Below, piece after piece: positions 10,262 through 22,073 of a stretch of 64,000 nt of DNA; positions within the stretch are counted from its first letter, which is position 1; each line of letters starts with the position of its first letter. The notes below the pieces were generated by a model. That model did no database searches. It was not told where the DNA came from and worked only from the letters and a program-made list of their open reading frames with translations. Made by a program: the position numbers and the translations under genes. This DNA comes from an uncultured Chloroflexia bacterium. Its GTDB lineage: Bacteria > Chloroflexota > Limnocylindria > QHBO01. The DNA lies in NCBI GenBank assembly GCA_963814375.1, contig CAWFCQ010000007.1, forward strand, positions 32,001 to 96,000, written 5' to 3'.

Positions 10262-11601
10262 GTGGCCGCCTTCTTTCCCGATGCCCCGGACCGGGTTCCG
10301 TTCGCCGGGCTCGACTCGCCGGAGCCCTTCGCCTACAAGGTCTATGAGCCTGATCGTCAGGTGCTGGGCAAGCGCATGGAGGACCAGCTGCGGATCGCGG
10401 TCTGCCTCTGGCACTCGTTCAACTGGCCTGGCTCCGACGTCTTCGGCGTCGGGACGTTCGATCGGCCCTGGCTGGCCCCGGCGTCGACCCGACCGAGGGC
10501 TCGCGCGCCAAGATCGACGCCGCATTCGAGTTCGTCGCCAAGCTCGGCGTCCCCTACTTCACCTTCCACGACCGCGACGTCGCTCCGGAGGGCGGGAGCT
10601 TCGGTGAGACGATCGCCATGCTCGACGCCGCGGTCGAGATGATCGAGGCCCACATGGAGCGGACCGGCATACGGCTTCTGTGGGGCACGGCCAACCTGTT
10701 CAGCCACCCGCGCTACGCGGCCGGAGCTGCCACGAACCCGGACCCCGAGGTGTTCGCCTACGCCGCCGCGCAGGTGAAGCACATGCTCGAGACGACGCAT
10801 CGGCTCGGCGGGGCGAACTACGTGCTGTGGGGCGGACGCGAGGGCTACGAGACGCTCCTCAACACCGACCTGGCGCGAGAGGAGGCTCAGCTCGCTCGCT
10901 TCCTGACGCTCGTCGCCGAGCACAAGCATCGCATCGGCTTCGAGGGCATGCTTCTTCTCGAGCCCAAGCCGCAGGAGCCGACCAAGCACCAGTACGACTA
11001 CGACTCGGCGACGGTCGACTCCTTCCTCGTGCGCCACGACCTCGCGGGCGAGTACCGCGTCAACATCGAGGCGAACCACGCCACGCTCGCCGGGCATAGC
11101 TTCGAGCACGAGGTCGCGGTCGCCGTCAGCCGCGGAATCTTCGGCAGCATCGACATGAACCGCGGCGATCCCCAGAACGGCTGGGACACCGACCAGTTCC
11201 CGAACTCCGTCGACGAGCTCGCGCTCGCCGTCTACGAGATCCTGCGCGGCGGCGGGTTCACGACCGGTGGCTTCAACTTCGACGCCAAGCTCAGGCGCCA
11301 GAGCATGGACCGCGCCGATCTCTTCCACGCCCACATCGGCGGGATCGACACCCTCGCGCGGGCGCTCCTGGTGGCCGCCGCGCTCGTCGAGAAGGGCGAC
11401 CTCGCCGATGAGAAGGAGCGCCGATACGCCGGCTGGGCCGACGGCCTCGGTGCGGAGATGCTCGAGGGCGGTCTGTCGCTTGGCGACATCGAGGCGCGCG
11501 TCGCCGGTGGAGGGATCGATCCTCGACCTCGCTCGGGCAGCCAGGAACGCCTGGAGAACATCGTCAACCAGCGCATCTGGTCGGCCGACCGGGACCGCTG
11601 A
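10262..11601 (+). CDS. xylA: Xylose isomerase (class II), frameshift ~10480
   Basis: AAGGAG RBS; [59 protein letters not shown]. Confidence 0.95.
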
Positions 11602-11604
11602 GCG

Positions 11605-13115
11605 GTGGGATCCCACGTTCTCGGGATCGACGTCTCGACCACCGCGACCAAGGCGATCCTCGTGGACGAGGCTGGCACCGTGGCGGGCGTCGGATCGGCG
11701 GAGTACGACTTCGCGGTTCCCGCGCCGCTGTGGAGCGAGCAGGACCCCGAGCTGTGGTGGAGCGGCGCGCAGGTCGCCATCCGCGCCGCGCTGAACACCG
11801 CCGGCATCTCCGGCACCGACGTCGCGGCGATCGGGCTGACCGGCCAGATGCATGGCGCCGTGCTCCTCGACGACGCCGATCGGCCGCTTCGGCCGGCCAT
11901 CCTGTGGAACGACCAGCGCACCGCCGCGGAGTGCGACGAGATCCGCGAGCTGGTTGGGCCGCGACGCCTGATCGAGATCACCGGCAACGATGCGCTCACC
12001 GGCTTCACCGCGCCGAAGCTGCTGTGGGTGCGCCGCAACGAGCCGGACACGTGGGCGCGGGTCGCGCACGTCATGCTGCCGAAGGACTACGTTCGCCTGC
12101 GGCTGACCGGCGAGCACGCCACTGACCGGGCCGATGCCGCGGGCACCCTGCTTCTCGACCTGGCCGCCCGCGACTGGTCAACCGAGGTGCTCGACGCGCT
12201 CGACATCGAGCCGGCGATCCTGCCGCGTACCTTCGAGGGCCCCGAGGTCACCGGACACATCACCGCCGAAGCGGCCGATGCGACCGGGCTGCGCGCCGGC
12301 ACCCCGGTCGTGGCCGGCGGTGGCGACCAGGCGGCGAACGCCGTCGGCGTCGGAGCGATCGACGAGGGGGTGGTGGCGCTCTCGCTCGGCACATCCGGCG
12401 TGGTCTTCGCCGCCACGGCACAGCCAATCATCGAGCCCGCCGGGCGAGTCCATGCCTTCTGCCATGCGGTGCCGGATCGCTGGCACCTCATGTCGGTCAT
12501 GCTCTCGGCCGCCGGCAGCCTGCGCTGGTTCCGCGATGCCCTCGCGCCCGGCGTCGAGTTCGCCGCCCTGGCCGACGAGGCAGCCGGCGTGCCTGCCGGC
12601 GCTGACGGGCTCCTCTTCCTCCCCTACCTCAGTGGCGAGCGCAGCCCGCACGCGGATCCGCTGGCGCGCGGCGCGTTCATCGGCCTCACGGTGGCCCACG
12701 AGCGGCGGCATCTGACGCGTGCCGTGCTGGAAGGCGTCGCCTTCGGACTGCGCGACGGGCTCGACCAGATGACCGCGACCGGTGTCCCCGCGCCCCACCA
12801 GATCCGCGCCTCCGGGGGCGGCATGGCCAGTCCGCGTCTGGCGCCAGATCCTGGCCGACGTCCTCGTCGCCGAGATAGCCGCCGTCGGGACAGCCGAGGG
12901 TGCCGCCTATGGCGCAGCTCTGCTCGCCTCGGTCGGCGCCGGCTGGTTCACGAGCCTCGAAGAGGCGGCGAGTAGGGTCGTGCGAGTGACGCCGGTCGCC
13001 GCACCGGGCGCCGACGCGCAGGTGTACGTCGACGCTCTCGAGTGCCTATCGATCCCTCTATCCGGCCCTGGCGCCGATGTTCCACCGCGAGGTCACATCG
13101 GCGGCAGAGGGCTAG
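11605..13115 (+). CDS. xylB: Xylulokinase, frameshifts ~12835 and ~13045
   Basis: [51 protein letters not shown]. Confidence 0.93.
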
Positions 13116-13927
13116 CCCTTCAGCTCCTCGAGCTCCTCGCGCGTCGCCTCGTCCGGCTTCTTGCCCAGGATGATCATCGCGAGCACGTCGTCGGTCGTGA
13201 CGTCCTCCTTCCTCATCGTTCCCACCAGGCGACCGTGGTACATCACGCTGATCCGATCCGACAGATCGAAGACGTCGTGGATGTCGTGGCTGATGAGGAA
13301 GATGCCGATCCCCTCGGTCTTCAGCTGACGGATGAGATCGCGCACCTGGGCTGTCTCGGCCGGCCCGAGAGCGGCAGTCGGCTCGTCCATGATGAGGATC
13401 TGCGCGTTGAAGTGGACCGCGCGGGCGATGGCGACCGCCTGGCGCTGGCCGCCGGAGAGCGACTTCACCGGCATCGCGAACCGCGTGAAGTTCGGGTTCA
13501 GCCTCCCCATCACCCTGCGAGTCGCATCTTCCATGGACCCTTCGTCGAGCGTCCTCCACCAGGTCTGCATCTCGCGACCGAGGAAGACGTTGCCCGGCGC
13601 GTCGATGTTGTCAGCCAGGGCGAGCGTCTGGTAGATGCATTCGATGTTGAATGCCTTCGCGTCGCGCGGGTTGCTGATCACCCGGGGCTCGCCGTTGATG
13701 CGGATCTCGCCGGAGTCTGCGGCGTGCGCGCCGGAGAGCGTGCGAATTAGGGTCGATTTGCCGGCGCCGTTGCCACCGACCAGGCCGACCACCTCGCCCG
13801 GGTAGAGGTCGATGCTGACGTCGTCGACGGCATGCACACCGCCGAAGGCGACACGGATGTTGCGCATCTCGACGAGCGGCACACGCTCAGCTCCGTTCGG
13901 CGCGGTGACTGGCGCCTCGGCCGTCAT
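13112..13927 (-). CDS. xylG: Sugar ABC transporter ATP-binding protein (single domain)
   Basis: [27 protein letters not shown]. Confidence 0.85.
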   Translation of the reverse strand: MTAEAPVTAPNGAERVPLVEMRNIRVAFGGVHAVDDVSIDLYPGEVVGLVGGNGAGKSTLIRTLSGAHAADSGEIRINGEPRVISNPRDAKAFNIECIYQTLALADNIDAPGNVFLGREMQTWWRTLDEGSMEDATRRVMGRLNPNFTRFAMPVKSLSGGQRQAVAIARAVHFNAQILIMDEPTAALGPAETAQVRDLIRQLKTEGIGIFLISHDIHDVFDLSDRISVMYHGRLVGTMRKEDVTTDDVLAMIILGKKPDEATREELEELKG

Positions 13928-15249
13928 GTGCCACCCCCGCGCCGACGGTTATACGTGTCGAGGCCAACGGCGATGATGAGGACAATGCCGGCCACCACGT
14001 TCTGGGTCGGGGAGTTGACGCCGTTGTAGCTCATCCCGTAGGCCAGCGACTGCATGACGAACGCGCCCAGCACGGCACCGGGGATGGTGCCGATGCCTCC
14101 CGCGAACGACGTGCCACCGACGACGGCGGCGGCGATGACGTAGAGCTCGTCGCTGGAGCCCACGTCGAGGGTCGACCCGTTAAGCCGTGCGGACGAGATC
14201 GCAGCGGCGATCGCGCAGAGGACCCCCATCAGCATGAAGGTCTTCATGATCGTCCAGCGGGTGTTGATGCCCGCCAGCTCGGCGGCGTCGGGATTGCCCC
14301 CGTAGGCGTAGACGTATCGCCCGAAACGCCGCCGGGTAGCGATGAAGGTCATCACGACTGTCACCGCGATGACGAGGATGACCGGCCATGGGAAGCCGAC
14401 CGAGATCTTCAGGCCGCCCGGAGGCTCGGTGATGCCGTTCGCCTGCGCGTACTGGGTGGCGAGGCCCGCCGGCCAGAAGTTGGCGTTGGCGAACGCGACG
14501 ACGCCGATGACGATCGCGCAGCCCAGGACGCCGAGGAGCACCTCCGCCCACATCGGCCTCACCGGAAATCCGAACTTCTGGCGCTGGCGACGGCTGTTGA
14601 CGAGCAACGCGATGATCGCGATGCAGCCGACGATGCCGAGGACCCACGTCAGGAGCCCGCCGATCGAGCCCACCGCGCCGCCCCCGATGAGGCGGAAGTT
14701 GCTGTGCAGCCCAGATACGGCGGCGCCGCTAGAGAGCAGCCACACCGAGCCGCGCAGGGAGAGGAGGCCGCCGAGCGTCACGATGAAGGAGGGGACGCCG
14801 ATGTAGGCGATGATGAAGCCCTGGAAGCCGCCGATGAAAGCCCCCAGGCCGACTCCCAGCAAAAGGGCGACGATCCATTGGATGGGGTTGTCCAACCCGA
14901 GCCCGAGAGCCGGCAGCCAATCGGTCTGGAGCAGCGCGTAGACCATCGCCACGACGCCGACGATCGATCCCACCGACAGGTCGATGTTCCGCGACACGAT
15001 GATCAGGACCATGCCGGTCGCCATGATGGCCGTGCCCGATGCCTGGACCGCGAGCGTGACCATGTTGGCCGGCCGTAGGAACGTGCCGCCCGACACGATG
15101 TGGAAGCCGAGGAGGATGACCGCCAGCGCGACCAGCATGCCAAACAGGCGCAGGTCGATCTCGGTCTTCGAGAGCGTCTCGCGCACCGATCCCCGCGGGG
15201 CCGGTTGTGCCTGACCCGGCACCGGAGCCGCGTCGGCTACGTCAACCAA
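13924..15249 (-). CDS. xylH: Sugar ABC transporter permease
   Basis: [34 protein letters not shown]. Confidence 0.85.
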   Translation of the reverse strand: MVDVADAAPVPGQAQPAPRGSVRETLSKTEIDLRLFGMLVALAVILLGFHIVSGGTFLRPANMVTLAVQASGTAIMATGMVLIIVSRNIDLSVGSIVGVVAMVYALLQTDWLPALGLGLDNPIQWIVALLLGVGLGAFIGGFQGFIIAYIGVPSFIVTLGGLLSLRGSVWLLSSGAAVSGLHSNFRLIGGGAVGSIGGLLTWVLGIVGCIAIIALLVNSRRQRQKFGFPVRPMWAEVLLGVLGCAIVIGVVAFANANFWPAGLATQYAQANGITEPPGGLKISVGFPWPVILVIAVTVVMTFIATRRRFGRYVYAYGGNPDAAELAGINTRWTIMKTFMLMGVLCAIAAAISSARLNGSTLDVGSSDELYVIAAAVVGGTSFAGGIGTIPGAVLGAFVMQSLAYGMSYNGVNSPTQNVVAGIVLIIAVGLDTYNRRRGGGT

Positions 15250-15278
15250 TTCGGGGTGCCTCCCCCGTGTGATGGAAG

Positions 15279-15313
15279 TGCCCTGGCCCGCGGCATGGCT
15301 GCGGGCCAGGGCA
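15279..15313 (-). terminator. Intercistronic hairpin after the binding-protein gene (stabiliser or partial terminator)
   Basis: TGCCCTGGCCCGC-N9-GCGGGCCAGGGCA, perfect 13-bp stem. Confidence 0.65.
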
Positions 15314-15338
15314 TCAGTCGACGGATCTGGTCAGGCTG

Positions 15339-16523
15339 CTACTGGCAGGCCGCCGGCGCGCTGGCCGCGTCGACGCCCTCGCACAATTCATCCTGGGTGA
15401 GCCACCCGGAGTCGATGATCAGGTCCAGGTTCTCCTGGGTGATCGGCTGCGGCTTCAGGATGAACGAGGTGATCTCGTTCTCGTCACCCGAATCCGGCTC
15501 TCCATCCGGACCCGGGGTCGTGAACGGGGCGGCCGTGAGGCCGGCTTCCGGCGCCACCGCGTCGTTGACCGTTCCTTCCGGAAGCGTGATGTCCGCCATC
15601 GCCGTGCCCTCGCACAGCTGCAGCGCCGCGGCGCCGGCGACCTTCCCGAGCTCGTTGGCGTCCTTCCAGACGTCCACGTACTGGAGACCCTGGGCCACAT
15701 TCTGCAGGTTCGCGGTGTCACCGTCCTGGCCGCTGACAGGGATCGTGTCGTAGTTCTTCGCCTGGAGTGCCGCAACGACGCCCAGCGCCGTGCTGTCGTT
15801 CTCGGCCAGCACCGCGTCGATCTGGACGTCCTGGTCATTGGCGGCGTCGATGATCGCCTCCATGTTGTTCTGGGCCGTCTCGGTGTCCCACGCGTCGGTG
15901 AACTGATCGTCGAAGATCTCGATCTCACCGGCGTCGATCTTGTCCTGGAGGCCCGCGTTATCCCAGCCCTGCGGCAGGAAGATGGAGGCGTTCGGGTCGC
16001 CCGGATCGCCCTTGATCAGGACGTACGTACCCTCCGGCACGGCCTCGAACATGGCCTCGGCCTCGGCCTCGCCCACGCCCACGTTGTCAAATGTGATGTA
16101 GAGAAGCTCGGGATCCTCGATCAGGCGGTCGTACGCGATGACCGGGATGCCGGCATCCTTGGCGGCCTGGACGCCCGGCAGCACCGCCTGGTTGTCCTGC
16201 GCCAGGAGGATGAGGACATCGATATCCTGGTTGATGAACGTCTCGATGTCGGTCAGCTGCTGCTCGGTGTCGAGATTCGCGTCGGCGTCGGTGTAGGTGC
16301 CGCCACCCGCCTCGACCGTCTCCTGGATGTTTGGCTTGTCCTTCGCCGCCCAGCGCGGCTGCTGGAAGTTGTTCCACGAGACCGCGACTGAGCAGTCACC
16401 GCTGGCCGCCTGTGATCCGCCGCCGTCAGAACCGGCGGGCTCGGACGCGTCACCCTCGCCGCCGCAAGCAGCGAGCACAAGGGCAAGCGTGCCCAGCGTC
16501 GCCGCCATCCTCCGAATCATCAT
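15339..16523 (-). CDS. xylF: Sugar (xylose-type) ABC substrate-binding lipoprotein
   Basis: Lipobox LAAC; RWAAKD, VIAYDRLI, FDNVGVG, GDPGDPNA, SGQDGD. Confidence 0.85.
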   Translation of the reverse strand: MMIRRMAATLGTLALVLAACGGEGDASEPAGSDGGGSQAASGDCSVAVSWNNFQQPRWAAKDKPNIQETVEAGGGTYTDADANLDTEQQLTDIETFINQDIDVLILLAQDNQAVLPGVQAAKDAGIPVIAYDRLIEDPELLYITFDNVGVGEAEAEAMFEAVPEGTYVLIKGDPGDPNASIFLPQGWDNAGLQDKIDAGEIEIFDDQFTDAWDTETAQNNMEAIIDAANDQDVQIDAVLAENDSTALGVVAALQAKNYDTIPVSGQDGDTANLQNVAQGLQYVDVWKDANELGKVAGAAALQLCEGTAMADITLPEGTVNDAVAPEAGLTAAPFTTPGPDGEPDSGDENEITSFILKPQPITQENLDLIIDSGWLTQDELCEGVDAASAPAACQ

Positions 16524-16678
16524 TCCGAAAGCTCCTCCATCAAGATCCCCCGCCGTTTTGCTTACTTCTCAGTTTTGCCTTGCGTAGGCTACTCCTCTGT
16601 CAAGCCCTCCTCCTCCATTCGTTCGCCTTCGCCGTGGTTGGTCCCGAAGCGCGGGCCGAGCCGTCCAAGGGGCGCGCG

Positions 16679-17911
16679 TCATGCGCTCGCCAGTTCCGGT
16701 CGATGCGCACCGGCGGACGCCAGCCGCCACGCCGGGTCGGTGAGCATCGGCTCGAACGCGAGCTCGGCGGCGCCGATGATCGGCGCGTTGACGCCGAGAG
16801 CGGCGGGCACCACTCGCACGAGGGACCGAGAGGCCGGCAACGCGCGACGCTCAAGCGCCGCGCGCAGCCCGTCCAAGACCAATGGATGAATCCGTCCCAG
16901 CACGCCGCCCAACACGACCAGCGTGGGGTTGAAGATATTGACGAGCGACACCACGCCGATGCCGAGCCACTCCCCGAGTCGCTCGATGCTGGCGCTCGCG
17001 GCGGGTTCCCCAGCAATCGCGGCGTCGATGAGCTCGTCGACCGCTGCGCGTCCACCGGTCGCGGACCGTCCCGACATTGAGAGCATGGCGCGCTCGCCGA
17101 TCTCGGTCTCCCAGCAGCCGAACGAGCCGCACGCGCAGGCCTTGCCTCCGGGATTGACGATCATGTGCCCGATCTCGCCCGCGTAGCCTGCCGCGCCCAC
17201 CAGCGCCCGACCACCGACCGTCACGCTGCCGCCAACACCGACCTCGCTCGCCACGTAGACCACGTCCGCCTCTCCGACCGCCGCGCCCCGCCTATGCTCC
17301 GCCAGCCCACCGAGGTCGGCCTCGTTGGCGATCGCAAGCGGCACGTTGGGTCGAAGGGCCTCCGCGACACGCTGGCCAAGCGGCACGTCGTGCCAGCCGA
17401 GGTTCGGAGCGAGGCGAACGAGGCCATCGCTGCGGCGGACGATGCCGGCCACACCGAGGCCGATGCCGACAAGGCCATCGTCGCCCGCATCGAGCATTGG
17501 CCGGGCCAGCTCAGAAAGGTCGGCGACGATCTGATCAACGGTGACGTGCGCTCGCGGCCGGTCGACGCGGACGAGCTCGTGAATCGTTCCGCCGAGCCCG
17601 ACCCTGGCGGCGGCGAGGGAGTCGACGTTGATCTCGAGGCCCACCACCCAGGCCGCATCGGGGTTCGGATGGACCAGGGGCGAGGGCCGGCCCGGGACGC
17701 CGGCCGGCTCGTTGCGGCTCTCGACGAGGAGACCGCCACGCACGAGCTCGCCGACGAGGGTGCGGATCGCCGAACGGGTCAGGCCGGTATGGGCGACCAG
17801 CTCGGACCGCGACAGCGGGCCGCGAAGGTGCAGCGCTCGGACGATCGCGCTCAGGTTCGATCGCCGCACCGTCTCGCTGCGCTGGCCGACCACTTCCCGA
17901 GGCGTGAACAT
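16679..17911 (-). CDS. ROK-family transcriptional repressor (XylR-like)
   Basis: HTH VRRSN...SRSEL, GRP linker, NEADL, AGEIGH, CACGSFGCWE. Confidence 0.9.
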   Translation of the reverse strand: MFTPREVVGQRSETVRRSNLSAIVRALHLRGPLSRSELVAHTGLTRSAIRTLVGELVRGGLLVESRNEPAGVPGRPSPLVHPNPDAAWVVGLEINVDSLAAARVGLGGTIHELVRVDRPRAHVTVDQIVADLSELARPMLDAGDDGLVGIGLGVAGIVRRSDGLVRLAPNLGWHDVPLGQRVAEALRPNVPLAIANEADLGGLAEHRRGAAVGEADVVYVASEVGVGGSVTVGGRALVGAAGYAGEIGHMIVNPGGKACACGSFGCWETEIGERAMLSMSGRSATGGRAAVDELIDAAIAGEPAASASIERLGEWLGIGVVSLVNIFNPTLVVLGGVLGRIHPLVLDGLRAALERRALPASRSLVRVVPAALGVNAPIIGAAELAFEPMLTDPAWRLASAGAHRPELASA

Positions 17912-17916
17912 CAGAG

Positions 17917-17937
17917 TTTGTGTTCCTCTCATCCAAA
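17917..17937. promoter_or_regulatory. Candidate ROK operator between the repressor and the divergent Gfo operon
   Basis: TTTGT-N11-CCAAA, same architecture as 10200-10220. Confidence 0.5.
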
Positions 17938-18004
17938 TGTTGTCGTAGACTCGTCCATCGGCGCGGGACCTGTCAATACGTCTGCATGGAGGTCAACGTC
18001 ACGG

Positions 18005-19000
18005 ATGCGACGGCTGCGCTGGGGAGTGCTCTCGACGGCCGCCATCGGCCGCCTGAAGGTGATACCGGCCATCCAGAAGGGCGAGCACTGCGAAGTGGTT
18101 GCCATCGCCTCCAGAGATCTGGCCCTCGGCAAGAAGGTGGCGTCAGAGCTGGGCATCCCCACCGCTCACGCTTCGTACGAAGCCCTGCTGGCCGACCCCG
18201 GCGTGGAGGCGGTCTACATCCCGCTGCCGAACCACCTCCATGCCACCTGGGCCATCGCCGCCGTGGAGGCGGGCAAGCATGTCCTCTGCGAGAAGCCATT
18301 GGCGCTGACCGCCGCCGATGCCGAGCGCATGATCACGGCCGCCGATCGCGCGGGTGTCCACCTGATGGAGGCCTTCATGTATCGGCTCCACCCGTCATGG
18401 GTCGCGGTGCGTGAGCTGGTCGCGTCCGGGCGGATCGGAGCGCTGACCGCGGTCCAGAGCTGGTTCTCGTATTACAACGACGATCCGGCGAACATCCGCA
18501 ACATCCTCGAGGCTGGCGGCGGCGCGCTCTATGACATCGGCTGCTACAGCATCAACCTGTCGCGGATGCTCTTCGACGCCGAGCCAGACCGCGTCGAGGG
18601 GATCGTCGTGCGCGACCCGTCGGGGGGGATCGATACCCTCACGAGCGGCATCCTCGGTTTCGGCAGCGGCATCGCCAGCTTCACCTGCTCCACGCGCGCG
18701 GAGGACGATCAGCGGGTCCACGTCTACGGCACCACTGGACGCATCTCGATCGAGATCCCGTTCAACATTCCTCCCGATCGACCCACGCGCATCCATGTCA
18801 CGGCCGGCGGCGATCCGCCGGTAGCTCCCCTGACCGAGACCCTGACATTCGCCACGGCCGACCCCTACACGGTCGAGGCCGATGCGTTCGCCGCCGCGGT
18901 CCTGGAAGACCGCCCCGTACCGGTGCCGCCGAGCGATGCGGTTGCCAACCTGCGGGTCATCGAGCGGCTGCTGGCCTCCGCCGAGCCGACGTCCGCCTGA
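18005..19000 (+). CDS. Gfo/Idh/MocA oxidoreductase (sugar dehydrogenase-like)
   Basis: WGVLSTA, YIPLPNHLH, CEKPL, MEAFMYR, GGGALYDIGCY. Confidence 0.9.
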   Translation: MRRLRWGVLSTAAIGRLKVIPAIQKGEHCEVVAIASRDLALGKKVASELGIPTAHASYEALLADPGVEAVYIPLPNHLHATWAIAAVEAGKHVLCEKPLALTAADAERMITAADRAGVHLMEAFMYRLHPSWVAVRELVASGRIGALTAVQSWFSYYNDDPANIRNILEAGGGALYDIGCYSINLSRMLFDAEPDRVEGIVVRDPSGGIDTLTSGILGFGSGIASFTCSTRAEDDQRVHVYGTTGRISIEIPFNIPPDRPTRIHVTAGGDPPVAPLTETLTFATADPYTVEADAFAAAVLEDRPVPVPPSDAVANLRVIERLLASAEPTSA

Positions 19001-19014
19001 GGGTCAGTGGTTCA

Positions 19015-20686
19015 ATGCGTCCCGTGACCACGGGCAGGCGTGGCTTGATCGCCATCGGCATCGGCATCCCGATCGTCGCGCTCGGGGCAGCCTTTCTGGT
19101 GCCACGCTTCGGTTCGCCGAGCGGCTGGCGATGCGCTGCCGGCACCCCGGTTCGTCGAGGAAGCCTCCGCGGCGGGCATCGAGCATCGCTACGACGGCGA
19201 GTTCATGTACTTCGTCGGTGGCGGCGTGGCTGTCTTCGATTGCGACGACGACGGGCGGCAGGACCTCTACCTGGCGGGCGGCGAGGAGCCGGCCGCCCTG
19301 TACCGCAACCGCAGCCCGGCGGGGGGAGCCCTGGCGTTCGAGGCTATCCCTGGCAAGGCGACCGACCTGCGGCAGGTCACCGGTGCGTACCCGATCGACA
19401 TCGACGGCGACGACGTCGACGATCTCGCCGTCCTCCGCGTCGGCGAGAACGTCCTGCTACGCGGCCTTGGGGACTGCGCCTTCGAGCGTGCGAACGAGGC
19501 ATGGGGCTACGACGGCGGAGACGCGTGGACGACCGCGTTCAGCGCGACATGGGAGTCACCCGACGGGTTGCCGACCATGGCCTTCGGCAACTACCTCGTG
19601 CCGGACACCGTCGAGGACGGCACGCTACGTGTGCGACGACCACGAACTGGTGCGTCCCGCGCGCCGATGCGACGTCCTACGACTCGCCGACCACGCTGTC
19701 CCCTGGCCTGTGCACGCTCTCGATGCTCTTCAGCGACTGGGATCGGTCCGGCCGGCGCGATCTGCGGGCGTCGAACGACCGGCATTACTCGGTGGCCGCC
19801 CAGGAGCAGCTGTGGCGCATGGAACCGGGCGCGGCGCCGGACCCCTGGACCGTTGAGGAGGGCTGGCAGACGGTGAAGATCTGGGGCATGGGCATCGCCA
19901 GCCAGGACCTGGACGGTGACGGGTACCCGGAGGTCTACCTGACCAGCCAGGCCGACAACAAGCTCCAGACGCTGGCCGATGGCGCATCGCAGCCACGCTA
20001 CGAGGACATCGCGATCAGCAGCGGTGCGACCGCCCACGAGCCGTACACCGGCGACACCGAGATGCCCTCGACCGCCTGGCACGCCGAGTTCCAGGATGTG
20101 AACAACGACGGCTTCACCGACCTGTTCGTGTCGAAGGGCAACGTGGAGGCACAGCCCGACTACGCCGCCCGCGACCCGAACAACCTGCTCATCGGGCAGC
20201 CGGACGGCACCTTCGTCGAGGGTGGCATGGAGGCCGGGATCGTGAGCTTCGCGCGGAGCCGTGGGGCCGCCCTCGCCGACCTGAACCTCGACGGGCTGCT
20301 GGACCTCATCGTGGTCAACCGGACGCGAAAACGTCGACCTCTGGCGCAACGTCGGCGCCGGGACGGCGGATGGCGCGGAGCCGATGGGCAACTGGCTGGC
20401 TCTGCGCGTGGACGACGATGGCGCGAATCGCGATGCGGTCGGCGCCTGGATCGAGGTCGAGGTCGGAGACCGGGTCATCAGCCGCGAGGTGACGGTCGGC
20501 GGCGGCCACGTCGGCGGACAGCTGGGATGGCTCCACTTCGGCCTCGGCGAGGCGGATCGAGCAACGGTGACCGTCACCTGGCCGGATGGGGAGGTCGATC
20601 GGCCGGTCGAGGTCGATGCGAACGGGTTCTTCGTGCTGGAGCGAGGAGCGGAGGAGGCACGACCGTGGGAGCCGCCAGAGGAATGA
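19015..20686 (+). CDS. CRTAC1/FG-GAP repeat protein with ASPIC/UnbV domain, several frameshifts
   Basis: DCDDDGRQDL, DIDGDDVDDL, DLDGDGYPE, DVNNDGFTDL, DLNLDGLLDL; NRDAVGA...LHFGLG. Confidence 0.8.
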
Positions 20687-22073
20687 CGCCCTCGTCGAGC
20701 GCCGCTCGCCTGGCGCAGGTCGCGCTTCCGGACTTCGGGATGCCGGACGCCATGCCGGAGATCCCGCCGGCGACGTACGTCGCCCGGCTCGAACGCCTCC
20801 GTGCGCGCGCCGAATCGCGAGGCCTCGACCGCGTCGTCGTCTATGCCGATCGCGAGCACAGCGCCAACGTGTCGTACCTGACCGGGTTCGACCCGCGCTT
20901 CGAGGAGGCGCTCCTCGTCATCGGCCCCTCGGATGACCCGGCGATCCTGGTCGGCAACGAGTGCTGGGGCATGGCGGGCGCCGCGCCGCTGCCCATGCGA
21001 CGGCATCGGTTCCAGGACTTCAGCCTGCCGATGCAGCCGCGGGATCGATCGAAGCCGCTTGCCGAGATCCTGCGCGAGGAGGGCATCGGCGCGGGCAGTC
21101 ATGTCGGGCTCGTCGGATGGAAGTCGTACGGCGAGCCCTGGAAGAGCGACGTTCCTGCCTACCTCGTCGACGAGCTGCGAGGGCTTGTCGGAAGCGGTGG
21201 ATCGGTCGAGAACGCGACCGACGTGCTCATCGACGCGGCCGACGGCCTGCGTGTCATCAACGAGGTCGAGCAGCTCGCCTTCTTCGAGTGGGCCAGCTGC
21301 CACACCTCGCAGGGTGTGCGATCGCTGATCCACGGCCTGCGGCCCGGCATGAGCGAGCGGGAGGCGGTCGCGCTGCTCGGGTGGAACGGATGGCCGCTCT
21401 CCTGCCATCTGATGCTGACCGCCGGCTCGCGCGCTCCGCTCGGGCTGCTCAGCCCCGGCGATCGGCCGATCGAGCGCGGCGATCCGTTCACCACGGCCTT
21501 CGGGATCTGGGGCGCGCTGACCTGCCGCGCCGGCTTCGTGGTCGAGGACGCCGGCGAGCTGCCGGAGGCGATCCGCGACTACGTCGATCGCCTCGTGGCC
21601 CCGTACTTCACCGCGATCGCGGCGTGGTACGGCGCACTCCGCATCGGCGTCACCGGCGGCGAGCTCCAGGCGATCATCGACGACCATCTCGGCGACCCGT
21701 TCTTCGGGATCTTCCTCAACCCGGGACACCAGCTCCACCTCGACGAGTGGGTGAGCTCACCGATCTTCCCCGGCTCGCCAGGTGGAGCTGAGCTCGGGCA
21801 TGGCGCTCCAGGTGGACGTCATCCCGGCCACCGGCACCGAGTACTTCACGACCAACATCGAGGACGGCGTGGCCCTGGCCGATGCGTCGCTGCGCGCCGC
21901 CTTCGCGAGCGGCTACCCCGCGGCGTGGGCACGCATTCAGCGCCGAAGGGAGTTCATGTCTTCCGTACTCGGCATCGACCTCCATGCCGATCGTGCTGCC
22001 GCTTTCGAACCTGCCGGCCGTGCTTGCCCCGTTCCTCCTGCGACCGGACCGTGTGATGACGATGGCCGGATGA
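20683..22073 (+). CDS. M24 (pita-bread fold)-like protein with creatinase-type N domain, frameshifts
   Basis: VVYADREHSANVSYLTGFDPRFEE; NPGHQLHLDEW; LQVDVIP; NIEDG. Confidence 0.75.

Noticed and set aside
16598-16603. TTGACA -35 boxes on the minus strand (16603-16598 and 17976-17971)
   Set aside because: No acceptable -10 at 16-18 nt spacing, so not called as promoters.
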